From: Acidobacteriota bacterium
GTDB taxonomy: Bacteria > Acidobacteriota > Thermoanaerobaculia > UBA5066 > Gp7-AA6
Length of the DNA stretch: 58,780 nt
Assembly (NCBI GenBank): GCA_031360505.1
Contig: JANMBR010000100.1
Location: 1-58,780, forward strand
Direction of reading: 5' to 3'
Shown: positions 41,787 through 50,622 of the stretch, one piece after another
Layout of the letters: each line of letters starts with the position of its first letter
Numbering within the stretch: position 1 is the first letter of the stretch
The notes under the pieces: generated by a model
The model's input: only the letters and a program-made list of their open reading frames with translations
Databases searched by the model: none
What the model was told of the DNA's origin: nothing
Position numbers and translations under genes: made by a program

Positions 41787-42215
41787 TCACTCCTCGTCGA
41801 TCACGTTCGTAAGCTCGTTCCGGTCGCCCGACTTGCGCGGAAAGTGCCGGCCGAGCACCTCGCCGACGCGCTCGACCCCGCGGACGACGCCCTCGGTGAA
41901 TTCCCCGTTGCGGAAAGACGCCTCCATCGCGGATGCGACCTCGGTCCAGAACTCCGCGCCGCACTTTTCGTGGACGCCAGCGTCGCCCAGGATCCGGAAT
42001 TGCCGGGCGCGCGGCGCGATGTAAATGAGAACGCCGTTGCGCTCGGATGTCTTCGTCATACCGAGTAGCTGAAAGCGCCTGGCCGCGCGCTCTTCGAGGT
42101 TCTCCGGCACGCGCCTGGTCACGTGGACGCGGATCTCACCGGAAGATCCCCGCTCCGCCGCCGCGATCGCGGCGACGATGCGCTCGGAGTCGAACTTCGA
42201 AAAGTAGCTCGCCAT
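41787..42215 (-). CDS. TPM-domain protein (cytoplasmic type)
   Basis: Trimmed to the ATG at 42215 (MASYFSKFDSERIVAAIAAAERGSSGEIRVHV...). The pattern NGVLIYIAPRARQFRILGD is typical of TPM/DUF477 phosphatase-fold proteins. Confidence 0.8.
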   Translation of the reverse strand: MASYFSKFDSERIVAAIAAAERGSSGEIRVHVTRRVPENLEERAARRFQLLGMTKTSERNGVLIYIAPRARQFRILGDAGVHEKCGAEFWTEVASAMEASFRNGEFTEGVVRGVERVGEVLGRHFPRKSGDRNELTNVIDEE

Positions 42216-42217
42216 GA

Positions 42218-43027
42218 CTACCAGCTCCCCGACGCGCCGCCGCCTCCGGAGAAACCTCCCCCGCCGGAGAAGCCTCCGCCCGAGAACCCGCCGCCTCCTC
42301 CCCCGGAAAACCCGCCGAAGCCGCCCGAGGAACCGCCGAAGCCGCCGCCGCCCCACCAGCCTCGGCGGCCGTGGGACCGGAAACGGTTGCGGCGAAAGAT
42401 CATCGGGAAAACGACGAAGACGCCGAAGAAGATTGCCAGGCCCACGCACGTGCCGAGCGGGTCGCCCTTGCGGCGGCGGCCCTCATCCACCGTGCGTCCC
42501 GTCCCCTTGTATTCGCCCTTCGCCGCCGCCATCATCGCGTCGGCGCCGGCCGCGATTCCCCCCGGGTAGTCGCCGCTGCGAAATCGAGGAACGATCTCGT
42601 CGGCGATGATCCGATTGGCCGTGATGTCGGGCAGGGCCCCTTCGAGGCCGTAGCCGACCTCGATCCGGACCTTCCGATCCTCGGTGAAGACGAAAAGCGC
42701 GGCGCCGTTGTTGGTCCCCTGCTGGCCCACGCCCCACTTCTTGAAGGCCCGCACCGCGAAGTCGTCGAGCGTGAAGCCCTCGGGGATCTTCTTGTCGACC
42801 CACACGAGAACCTGGTTCGAGGTGTCCTTCTCGAACTGCTCGAGTTTCGCGTTGAGCGCCTCGGCCTGGCCCGCGTCGAGCACGCCTGCGCGATCGGTAA
42901 CGTAGCGCTTCGGCTTCTCCGGAAGCTGCTCGTCGTACTGGTCGGCGAAGAGAGCCGAGACGAGCGCGAGCCCGGCGATCGCCAGGAGAGTGGTTCTCCG
43001 CGCGCCGTGGCCCGCCATGCCGTTCAT
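42218..43027 (-). CDS. TPM-domain membrane protein (YgcG-like) with a Gly-rich C-terminal tail
   Basis: Signal/anchor, then YVTDRAGVLDAGQAEALNAKLEQFEKDTSNQVLV...GAALFVFTEDRKVRIEVGYGLEG, a TM helix, and GGGGFGGSSGGFGGFSGGGGGGFSGGGFSGGGGFSGGGG. Confidence 0.85.
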   Translation of the reverse strand: MNGMAGHGARRTTLLAIAGLALVSALFADQYDEQLPEKPKRYVTDRAGVLDAGQAEALNAKLEQFEKDTSNQVLVWVDKKIPEGFTLDDFAVRAFKKWGVGQQGTNNGAALFVFTEDRKVRIEVGYGLEGALPDITANRIIADEIVPRFRSGDYPGGIAAGADAMMAAAKGEYKGTGRTVDEGRRRKGDPLGTCVGLAIFFGVFVVFPMIFRRNRFRSHGRRGWWGGGGFGGSSGGFGGFSGGGGGGFSGGGFSGGGGFSGGGGASGSW

Positions 43028-43050
43028 GTCGCCCGGCTACCGTCTCCCGC

Positions 43051-43692
43051 TCAATGCGCCGGCGCCGCCGTCGGTGCCGCACCGTTGAAGTTGAACTGCA
43101 CCTTCGGCGCCTCCCCGGCGCCCGGCGTCGTGGCCTTGAAGAACGGCTTCTCCTTGAATCCGAGGAGGCCGGCCATGAGGTTCGTCGGGAACCTCTTCAA
43201 CACCGTGTTGTAGGACTGCGCCGAGTCGTTGAACCGGCCGCGGGCGACCGCGATCCGGTTCTCGGTGCCCTCGAGCTGAGCCTGCAGGTCGCGGAAGTTC
43301 TGGTTCGCCTTGAGCTCCGGGTAGCGCTCCGAGACCACGAGCAGGCGCTGCAGCGCGGAGCCGAGCTGGTCCTGGGCCTGCTGGTAGCGGGCGAGCGACT
43401 CGGCATCCAGGGGGGCCTTTCCCGGCGTGATCGTCGCGCGGCCGACCGAAGCCCGGGCCTCGGTCACGGCCGTCAGCGTCTCTTTCTCGAAGTTCGCCGC
43501 GCCCTGCACCGTCGCAACGAGGTTCGGGACGAGGTCGGCCCGGCGTTGGTACTGGTTTTCTACTTCGGACCAACTCTTGTCGACGTCCACGCCGAGCGTG
43601 ACGAGCTTGTTGTAGGTCCCGGCGAACGAGATCCCGGCGATCACGGCAATGATGACGAGAATCGCGACGCACCCGAGAGCGAGCTTGCCCAT
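43051..43692 (-). CDS. lemA: LemA-family protein
   Basis: N-terminal TM helix, then YNKLVTLGVDVDKSWSEVENQYQRRADLVPNLV...ERYPELKANQNF, the canonical LemA pattern. Confidence 0.92.
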   Translation of the reverse strand: MGKLALGCVAILVIIAVIAGISFAGTYNKLVTLGVDVDKSWSEVENQYQRRADLVPNLVATVQGAANFEKETLTAVTEARASVGRATITPGKAPLDAESLARYQQAQDQLGSALQRLLVVSERYPELKANQNFRDLQAQLEGTENRIAVARGRFNDSAQSYNTVLKRFPTNLMAGLLGFKEKPFFKATTPGAGEAPKVQFNFNGAAPTAAPAH

Positions 43693-43766
43693 GTGAGTTC
43701 CTCCTCAGTGAAACGTTCGAAGGCGAACGAGCGGGGGAAGTCTAATCGAAACCCGGGCCGTCCCGG

Positions 43767-44261
43767 TTATTCGCTCTCGGAGGCGACCAGGGCGAGCACC
43801 CGGGCCGGCAGGAGGGCCTTGAGCGTCGCCCGCCCCGAGCCTTCCCAGGACAGGCGCGCCAGGGCCGCCTTCTTCATCGGCATCGCGAGGTCCGCCCGTC
43901 CGCCGACGAGGCGTCCGAGCAACGCGCCCATGTGCGGCTCGTGGCCGACGAGGAGAACCGACTCGACGCCTTCGCTGCGGATCTCCGCCAGCACGTCGTC
44001 CGGGTCGCGCTCGGGCTCGAGCGCCCGCGTCTGACGTAGTTTCGAAGACAGTTTCAGCGCCCTGGCCACCGGCTCTGCCGTCTGCCGGGCCCGAACATAG
44101 GGCGAGCAGAGCACGAGCTCGATACCCGGCTCGAGCGCGGCCAGGCCCCTGCCCACATCCCGAGCGCGCCTGTGGCCGTCTTCGGTCAGCGTTCGGTCCG
44201 CATCGCGCCCGGAGGCGGAGCGGTCTTCGGCAACGGCGTGGCGCAGAAGCCAGATTTCCAT
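43767..44261 (-). CDS. sixA: Phosphohistidine phosphatase SixA
   Basis: 164 aa. MEIWLLRHAVAE...LTEDG...SPYVRARQTAE...VGHEP is the histidine-phosphatase (RHG) pattern at SixA size. Confidence 0.85.
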   Translation of the reverse strand: MEIWLLRHAVAEDRSASGRDADRTLTEDGHRRARDVGRGLAALEPGIELVLCSPYVRARQTAEPVARALKLSSKLRQTRALEPERDPDDVLAEIRSEGVESVLLVGHEPHMGALLGRLVGGRADLAMPMKKAALARLSWEGSGRATLKALLPARVLALVASESE

Positions 44262-44307
44262 CGTGAGCCCGAGTTTAGCGCGGCCTTGCCTGTATTCTTA
44301 GCCCCGC

Positions 44308-45348
44308 ATGCCACTGGCACCCGGAGAACAGCTCGGTCCCTACGAGATCATTGGGCCGCTCGGCAAGGGCGGAATGGGCGAGGTGTACCGCGCCCGCGAC
44401 ACGCGCCTGCGGCGGGAGGTGGCCCTCAAGCTGCTTCCGGATGCGTCGGCGCACGACGCCGACAGCCTGCATCGCTTCGACCGGGAAACCCGCGCCGTCG
44501 CCACGCTCAACCACCCGAACATCCTCGCGATCCACGACACGGGCTCCTTCCGCGCCGTGCCCTACGCGGTGACCGAGCTGTTGGAAGGCGAAACACTCCT
44601 CGACCGCCTGCGCGGCGGACCGCTCAACCCGCAGAAGGCCGTCGAGGTCGCCAGCCAGATCGCCGAGGGCCTGGCCGCGGCGCACGAGAAGGGCATCATC
44701 CACCGCGACATCAAGCCCGACAACATCTTCCTCACCAACGAGGGTCGGGTGAAGATCCTCGACTTCGGCATCGCCCGCATCGAGCAGCCGGCCCGGACCT
44801 CGGGCCTCTCCGACACCATCACGGGCTCGCGCGGATCGAGCTCGCAGTTTCTCGTCGGGACGGCCGGCTACATGTCCCCCGAGCAGGTGCGCGGCAAGCC
44901 GATCGACGGGCGGACCGACGTCTTCTCGCTCGGAGCGACCTTCTTCGAGATGCTCACCGGCCGCCGCGCCTTCATGCGCGACAGCCCGGTCGAAACGCTC
45001 GGCGCCGTGCTGCGGGACGATCCGCGCAAGCACGCCGAGGCCGAGAAGATCCCCGAGGAGCTCAGGCCCTTCGTGTTCCGCTGCCTCGAAAAGGACGCGG
45101 CCGACCGCTACCAGTCCGCCCGGGACCTTCTGATGGACCTGCGCTCCCTTCAGGCCGAGCAGTTGCGCCAGGCCTCCGAACGCGTCACCTTCCGATCGGA
45201 GCCGCCCTGGAAGCACCGCCGCACGCGCGTCTGGATACGCGCCGTCGTCGGCATCCTGCTCTTCGCCGCCGGCCTCTACGCCGGGGCGTGCTGGGAGCAG
45301 GGGCGCCACGCGGCGGCAACCGCGGCCCCTGCAGCGACGACGCCGTAA
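44308..45348 (+). CDS. Hanks-type Ser/Thr protein kinase with one C-terminal TM helix and almost no ectodomain
   Basis: GKGGMGEVYRA, VALK, HRDIKPDN, DFGIA, GTAGYMSPE. The TM helix IRAVVGILLFAAGLYAGA is followed by about 20 aa. Confidence 0.93.
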   Translation: MPLAPGEQLGPYEIIGPLGKGGMGEVYRARDTRLRREVALKLLPDASAHDADSLHRFDRETRAVATLNHPNILAIHDTGSFRAVPYAVTELLEGETLLDRLRGGPLNPQKAVEVASQIAEGLAAAHEKGIIHRDIKPDNIFLTNEGRVKILDFGIARIEQPARTSGLSDTITGSRGSSSQFLVGTAGYMSPEQVRGKPIDGRTDVFSLGATFFEMLTGRRAFMRDSPVETLGAVLRDDPRKHAEAEKIPEELRPFVFRCLEKDAADRYQSARDLLMDLRSLQAEQLRQASERVTFRSEPPWKHRRTRVWIRAVVGILLFAAGLYAGACWEQGRHAAATAAPAATTP

Positions 45349-45363
45349 GAGGGGCGCCCGGCT

Positions 45364-46551
45364 CTACGCCGACGCGAGGCCGGCGTCGATTTCCGCGCCG
45401 AGAACGGGCAGCCCGGCGTGCCCAGCCTTCGGCATCGGGATCGGCCCCGTGCAGCAGAGCTCCTGGCACGCGTCGTAAAGCGTGCGCCGCTGCACCGGCG
45501 TGTACCCCGCATCGGCAATCAGGCGGCGCATTTCGTCCTGCGACATCTTGTTGCGCGCGCCGGCGGCGTAGACGACGTTTTCCTCAATCATGATCGAGCC
45601 GAGGTCGTCTGCGCCGAACGACAGCGAGACCTGGCCAATCTTCGGCCCCTGCGTGACCCACGAGCCCTGGACGTGCCGGATGTTGTCGAGGAAGAGGCGC
45701 GAGACCGCGAGCGTCTTCAGGTACTCGAAGCCTCCGGCCTCGTCGACCTTGCCGTCGAGCTCGGTGTTTTCCTTCTGGAATGTCCACGGGATCCACGCGG
45801 TGAAGCCGCCCGTGCGGTCCTGGAGATCGCGCACGACCTCCATGTGCTCGACGCGCTGGGCGTAGGTCTCCCCCACGCCGAACATCATCGTCGCGGTCGT
45901 GCGCATGCCGAGCCCGTGCGCGGACTCGTGCACGTCCACCCACTTCTCGGTCGGCGCCTTGGTGAGCGACCAGATGCGCTTGCGGACCGAGTCCTCGAGG
46001 ATTTCGGCGCCGCCCCCGGGGATCGACTGCAGCCCCGCGTCCTTCAGGCGCGCGATCACATCCCGCATCGGCCACTTCGTGATTTTCTGCAGGAAGTACA
46101 CCTCTGGCGCGGAGAGCGCATGGAGGTGGATCGTCGGAAAGGTCTTGCGGATGTAGCGGAACATCTCCTCGTAGAAGGAGAACGGGAGGTCCCCGTGGAC
46201 CCCTCCCTGCAACAACACTCCCGTGCCGCCGAGGTCGATCGTCTCCTGGATCTTGTCGCCGATCTGCTCGTGCGCGAGCACGTAGGCCTCGGGATGCTCC
46301 GCCGACGGGCGATAGAAGGCGCAGAACTGGCAGCGGTAGACGCAGACGTTCGTGTAGTTGATGTTCCGGTCCACGATGTACGTCGCAATCCCCGGATCGT
46401 TCTTGCGGTTGCGCACGCTGTTGGCCGCCGCGCCGAGGGCGAGGAGATTCCCCTCCTCGAGCAGCGTCACCGCATCGGCCGGGGACAGCCGCGCGCCCTC
46501 GAACGTGCGGTCGAGAATTTCGGAGGTGCGGGTTGCCGTCACGAAGGCCAT
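45364..46551 (-). CDS. mqnC: Radical-SAM futalosine-pathway enzyme, most like cyclic dehypoxanthinyl futalosine synthase (MqnC; MqnE not excluded)
   Basis: Radical SAM box NINYTNVCVYRCQFCAFY, then DRTGGFTAWIPWTFQ, FLDNIRHVQGSWVTQG and GADDLGSIMIEENVVYAAGA. This matches my recollection of MqnC better than MqnE or CofH. Confidence 0.7.
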   Translation of the reverse strand: MAFVTATRTSEILDRTFEGARLSPADAVTLLEEGNLLALGAAANSVRNRKNDPGIATYIVDRNINYTNVCVYRCQFCAFYRPSAEHPEAYVLAHEQIGDKIQETIDLGGTGVLLQGGVHGDLPFSFYEEMFRYIRKTFPTIHLHALSAPEVYFLQKITKWPMRDVIARLKDAGLQSIPGGGAEILEDSVRKRIWSLTKAPTEKWVDVHESAHGLGMRTTATMMFGVGETYAQRVEHMEVVRDLQDRTGGFTAWIPWTFQKENTELDGKVDEAGGFEYLKTLAVSRLFLDNIRHVQGSWVTQGPKIGQVSLSFGADDLGSIMIEENVVYAAGARNKMSQDEMRRLIADAGYTPVQRRTLYDACQELCCTGPIPMPKAGHAGLPVLGAEIDAGLASA

Positions 46552-46572
46552 TCTAGCCTCCGCCCGCGGAAA

Positions 46573-47781
46573 CTACGCCGTCTTGTCCTGGCGCCTGGCG
46601 AGATCCCGCAGCGCCAGGTTTTCGAAGGCGAGCGCGACCTGGCGGGCCAACGCGACCAGCGCGCGCGCGTCGGGAGCGCCGGCGACGGCCGTGCGGCACA
46701 TGAGGATCAGCGACACGGAGCCCATCACGGTCAATGGAACGATGAGCGCCGCCACGACGCCCTGCGCGCCCTTGGCTGCCGGGACGAGGTTGCCTTCCTC
46801 CGTGCGCCGCACGAGCCCCGCGTACGGGCGCTGCGCCGTGCGCACCATCTCGAGGACCGGGCACTCGTCCTTCGAGAAGAGCATCTTCCCGGAGGGTCCG
46901 GCGTCGGCACCCCAGGTCATCGGGGAGCCGAACTGGCCGAGGACCTTGAAAGCGGCCGCCTGGCAGTGCAGCAGCGCCCCGTCGGCATAGAGCTCGCTCG
47001 CGTAGCGCAGCAGGACGAGGCCCATCTCGCCGCGCCCCTGCACCGAGAAGAGCTCCTCGGAGAGCGAGAGGTACTTGCGCGCCGCGCGGAACGAGTCCGG
47101 ATCGCCGGGCTCGCCGCCCGGCGTCCCCTTGCCGTCGTTGAGCGAAACGAGCAGCGCCTGGACTTCCTCCTCGGCCTGCTCCTCCGGAGTCTTCGGCGTG
47201 CGGGGGACGAGCGGCGCCGTGTCATCCATGCGCTGCTGCTCGGTCATGTCGACGATGATCCGCTGCGGCTCCATGCCCTCCTCGAGCACGAAGTCCGTGG
47301 ACGAGGCGGGAACTTCCGGCCCCGGCCACAGCAGGCCGACCCGGAACTCGAACTGGCCCTCGTTCCAGGACATCAGGCCCTGCACGGTCTCGGACATCTG
47401 CGCCCTGACCTCGGCTTCGACGAGGGCCCGCGTCAGGTAGGAACGCTCGACGAGCGCGTCTCCGAGGCGCATGCCCGGAAATGACGCCATGTACGCGGAC
47501 GCCTCCTCGAGCTGCTTGCGCGAGATCACGCCGCGGGACTCGAGGCGCTCGCCGAGGGGGCGGTAGTTCGCCGTGCCGACGACCTGCACGATGCGGCCCG
47601 AGCGAAACAGGATGACCGCGGCGCGGCCGTCCGCATGCGTCAGAAAGAGCCCGCCCGTCTTGGCGCTGACCTGCAGCACCTGCAGGATGTCGCAAAGCGG
47701 CAGGTCCTCCAGCCGGCCCTCGAGCGCGCGGGAGTCGGGCGGGGGCGTCTCTTCGGGCACGATGGCGGTTTCTACCCTCAT
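46573..47781 (-). CDS. PATAN/DUF4388-like domain protein with a C-terminal GAF-like domain
   Basis: N-terminal LEGRLEDLPLCDILQVLQVSAKTGGLFLTHADGRAAVILFRSGRIV fits the DUF4388 hallmark. The C-terminal 160 aa or so look GAF-like. The start codon shares one base with the upstream stop (TGATG). Confidence 0.8.
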   Translation of the reverse strand: MRVETAIVPEETPPPDSRALEGRLEDLPLCDILQVLQVSAKTGGLFLTHADGRAAVILFRSGRIVQVVGTANYRPLGERLESRGVISRKQLEEASAYMASFPGMRLGDALVERSYLTRALVEAEVRAQMSETVQGLMSWNEGQFEFRVGLLWPGPEVPASSTDFVLEEGMEPQRIIVDMTEQQRMDDTAPLVPRTPKTPEEQAEEEVQALLVSLNDGKGTPGGEPGDPDSFRAARKYLSLSEELFSVQGRGEMGLVLLRYASELYADGALLHCQAAAFKVLGQFGSPMTWGADAGPSGKMLFSKDECPVLEMVRTAQRPYAGLVRRTEEGNLVPAAKGAQGVVAALIVPLTVMGSVSLILMCRTAVAGAPDARALVALARQVALAFENLALRDLARRQDKTA

Positions 47782-48596
47782 CAGCTCTTCTTGATGAAGT
47801 CCATGACGCGCTGGACCGTCTTCAACTTCCGGTCGATCGAGGCGTGGGACTGCGACGACACCAGGGCTACGGCCGCCTGGCCGGACAAGAGCTCGAGCAG
47901 CTCGCGGTCGAGCGGCGTGAACGCAGCCTTGTGCGAGAGCAGCGCGTAGATCGACAGCAGGCCGATCAGCTTCTCCTCGTGGAGCAGCGGCACGCAGCAG
48001 ATCGGGCCTTCCTGCTGCTCGACGGCGAAGAGCGTGCGCTTTTCCCGGACCGCCGCCTGTTCGAGGGGATAGACCGGCTCGGGCAGGTGCGTGATCTCGG
48101 GGGCGAGCTCCCCTTCGCGGACGCGCAGGGTGAAGTCGCCCTTGGCCTCCTCGAGGAGGTAGAGCGCGAACTCGGCCGCGCCGATCAGGTTGACCGAGAT
48201 CTCCACGATGCAGTTGACGACCGCGTCGGGCTCGAGCGTCGCGTGGAGCTGGTACGTCGCGGCATACAGGTTGGCCAGATTCGCCGAATGCTCCTCGAGC
48301 TGCACGCAGCGGCGCGCAAACTCGTGGTTCTCGCGCTCGAGGTCGGCGGCGGGCCGGGGCGATCCGTTGCCGTCGCCGTCTCCGATGCCATTCCCGTTTC
48401 CGTTGGACGGCTCCGCAGCTTCGACCGCGAGGAGCGACTGCGCGGCGCCGAGGTCCAACTCGAGCTCCTTCGCGCGGCGGGAAAGGCGCTCGGCCTGCTC
48501 GCTCAACTCGGCCGAGAGCTCGTGGCTCTTTCCGGCCAGGTCGCGGACGAGCTTCTGGAGCGTCTCCAGGCGCGCCTCGGGGTGCATCTGGCTCAT
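47781..48596 (-). CDS. Coiled-coil plus GAF domain protein (paralogue of 57308..58087)
   Basis: N-terminal heptad-rich helix, a GNGNGIGDGDGNG linker, then the GAF-like segment LANLYAATYQLHATLEPDAVVNCIVEISVNLIGAAEFALYL...LIGLLSIY. ATGA overlap with the cheB stop. Confidence 0.85.
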   Translation of the reverse strand: MSQMHPEARLETLQKLVRDLAGKSHELSAELSEQAERLSRRAKELELDLGAAQSLLAVEAAEPSNGNGNGIGDGDGNGSPRPAADLERENHEFARRCVQLEEHSANLANLYAATYQLHATLEPDAVVNCIVEISVNLIGAAEFALYLLEEAKGDFTLRVREGELAPEITHLPEPVYPLEQAAVREKRTLFAVEQQEGPICCVPLLHEEKLIGLLSIYALLSHKAAFTPLDRELLELLSGQAAVALVSSQSHASIDRKLKTVQRVMDFIKKS

Positions 48597-49702
48597 GCGC
48601 GGCTCCCGGAAGCCGAAGCGAGGGCAGCGGCCGCGCCCGGTACGCGTGCGGCGCGCTTCAGGATCGCCGGGGCGAGGCCGTCGAGCGCGACGACCTCATC
48701 CACCGCGCCCCGCGCGATGGCCTCCCGCGGCATCCCGAACACGACGCACGACGCCTCGTCCTGGGCGAGCGTCTCGGCGCCCGCCTGCTTCATCTCGAGC
48801 AGGCCCTGCGCCCCGTCGTCCCCCATTCCCGTCATGAGGACGCCGATCGCGCCGGCGCCGGCGGCCTGCGCGGCCGAGCGGAAGAGCACGTCGACGCTCG
48901 GCCGGTGGCGGGACACGAGCGGTCCGTCCGAAAGCTCGATCGCGTACGCATCCCCCCGCCGGCGCACGAGGACGTGGCGGTTGCCCGGGGCGATCAGCGC
49001 GAGGCCCCCCCGCACGCGGTCGCCCTCGGCGGCTTCCTTCACTTCCATCCGGCACAGGCCGTTCAGGCGCGTCGCGAAGGCCGCCGTGAATCCCTCCGGC
49101 ATGTGCTGGACGACGACGATCCCGGGCCCGTCGGCCGGCATCTTCTGGAGCAGCTCGGTCAGCGCCTCGGTTCCGCCCGTGGAAGCGCCCACCGCGACGA
49201 TGCGGTCGGCCGGCACGCCCGCCCGCGGCCCGGGGCGCGGCGGCAGCACGGCGTCGGCCGTGAGGCGCGGCGATGCGGTCAGGGGGCGCTTGCCCACGCG
49301 CGCCTCTGCAGCGCCGCGCACGGCGTCGAGGAAGACCACGGCCGACTCGTGGAGGAACTCGCGGATGTTGAGCTTCGGCTTCGTCACGATCGCCAGCGCC
49401 CCCCCGTCGAGTGCCCGCATCGCGAGGTCGGTCCCGTCGCCAGTCAACGCGGAGCACACCACTACGGGGATGGGGTCCTCCGCCATGATCCGCGAGAGGA
49501 ACGTGAGACCGTGCATGCGCGGCAGCTCGAGGTCGAGGACGATCACGTCGGGCCGCTGCTTCGCCATCTTCTCCATCGCGATGTAGGGGTCGGCCGCAAC
49601 GGTCGCCGAGATCCCCTCGAGCGCGAAGAGCGCCGAGAGCGTCTGCCGCACGACGGCCGAGTCGTCGACGACGAGCACCTGGAGCGGCCGCGCCGTCGTC
49701 AT
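48593..49702 (-). CDS. cheB: Chemotaxis response regulator protein-glutamate methylesterase
   Basis: Trimmed to the ATG at 49702 (MTTARPLQVLVVDDS...). REC domain plus the CheB catalytic domain (GASTGG, VVVQHMP, GMGDDG). Confidence 0.95.
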   Translation of the reverse strand: MTTARPLQVLVVDDSAVVRQTLSALFALEGISATVAADPYIAMEKMAKQRPDVIVLDLELPRMHGLTFLSRIMAEDPIPVVVCSALTGDGTDLAMRALDGGALAIVTKPKLNIREFLHESAVVFLDAVRGAAEARVGKRPLTASPRLTADAVLPPRPGPRAGVPADRIVAVGASTGGTEALTELLQKMPADGPGIVVVQHMPEGFTAAFATRLNGLCRMEVKEAAEGDRVRGGLALIAPGNRHVLVRRRGDAYAIELSDGPLVSRHRPSVDVLFRSAAQAAGAGAIGVLMTGMGDDGAQGLLEMKQAGAETLAQDEASCVVFGMPREAIARGAVDEVVALDGLAPAILKRAARVPGAAAALASASGSRA

Positions 49703-50622
49703 GCCGTGCGCGCCTCGGGCCGGCCGGCAGCGCCGGTGCCCTTCGCCTTCGCGTGCGTGTATACCGTCGGCACGACGGTCGTCACGCGGTCCGTGACGGC
49801 ATTCAAGCTTTCCGCGTGCCCGAGGAAGAGGAGCCCGTCCGGCGCGAGCACGCCGAGGAGCCGGTGGATCACCTTGAGCTTGGTCTCCATCTGAAAATAG
49901 ATCAGGACGTTGCGGCAGAAGATCAGGTCGAATGGCCCGCTGACGGGGTAGCGCTCGTCGTTCAGGTTCAGGCGCTCGAACCGCACGAGCGCGCGGATCT
50001 CCGGCGCGGCCTTCATGTTGCCCTCCTGCGACGCCGTGCCGCGCAGCATGTACGCCTTGCGGTACGCGGTCGGGATCTCGGGCGCCTTGTCGAGGGGCCA
50101 CACGGCCGACTCGGCCTTCGCGAGGACGCGCGTCGAGATGTCGGTCGCAAGAATCTCGATCTGCCGCCCCGCGGAGGGCGGGAAGTGATGGAGGAGCATC
50201 ATGGCCAGCGAGTACGGCTCCTCGCCCGTCGAGCACCCGGCGCTCCAGACGCGCAGGATCCGGGGGGCGCCGCGCTCTTTCCACGCGGGGATCACGTGGC
50301 GCTCCAGGAACTCGAACTGCCGCGGCTCGCGGAAGAAGTGCGTCTCGTTCGTGCTGATGCAGTCGAGCATATGGACGCGCTCCGCGCGGTCGTCCTGGTC
50401 CACGATCCGGGTGTAGTACGCGCCGAAGGTCGGCAGGTCGAGTGCCCGCAGGCGCTTCGAGAGCCGGCCGACGAGCAGGGCCTTCTTGGCCGGCGCGAGG
50501 TAGATCCCCGCCTCGCGCAGGATGAGCGCCTGGAAGAGGGCGAACTCCCGTTCCGAGATCTCGCGGATGCGCTCGCCCGCCTCGAGCGGGGTGTGGGCGG
50601 CGCGGCGGGCGGCCACGGTCAC
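49699..50622 (-). CDS. cheR: Chemotaxis protein methyltransferase
   Basis: N-terminal CheR helical domain (FALFQALILREAGIYL) and the SAM domain RVWSAGCSTGEEPYS. The GTG start overlaps the cheW stop. Confidence 0.95.
   Translation of the reverse strand: MTVAARRAAHTPLEAGERIREISEREFALFQALILREAGIYLAPAKKALLVGRLSKRLRALDLPTFGAYYTRIVDQDDRAERVHMLDCISTNETHFFREPRQFEFLERHVIPAWKERGAPRILRVWSAGCSTGEEPYSLAMMLLHHFPPSAGRQIEILATDISTRVLAKAESAVWPLDKAPEIPTAYRKAYMLRGTASQEGNMKAAPEIRALVRFERLNLNDERYPVSGPFDLIFCRNVLIYFQMETKLKVIHRLLGVLAPDGLLFLGHAESLNAVTDRVTTVVPTVYTHAKAKGTGAAGRPEARTA

Noticed and set aside
42218-42360. Repetitive GGC/GGA/TTC DNA that could be taken for a tandem repeat or CRISPR-like array
   Set aside because: It is in frame within the TPM membrane protein and encodes its Gly/Phe/Ser tail. 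It has no spacer-repeat structure.
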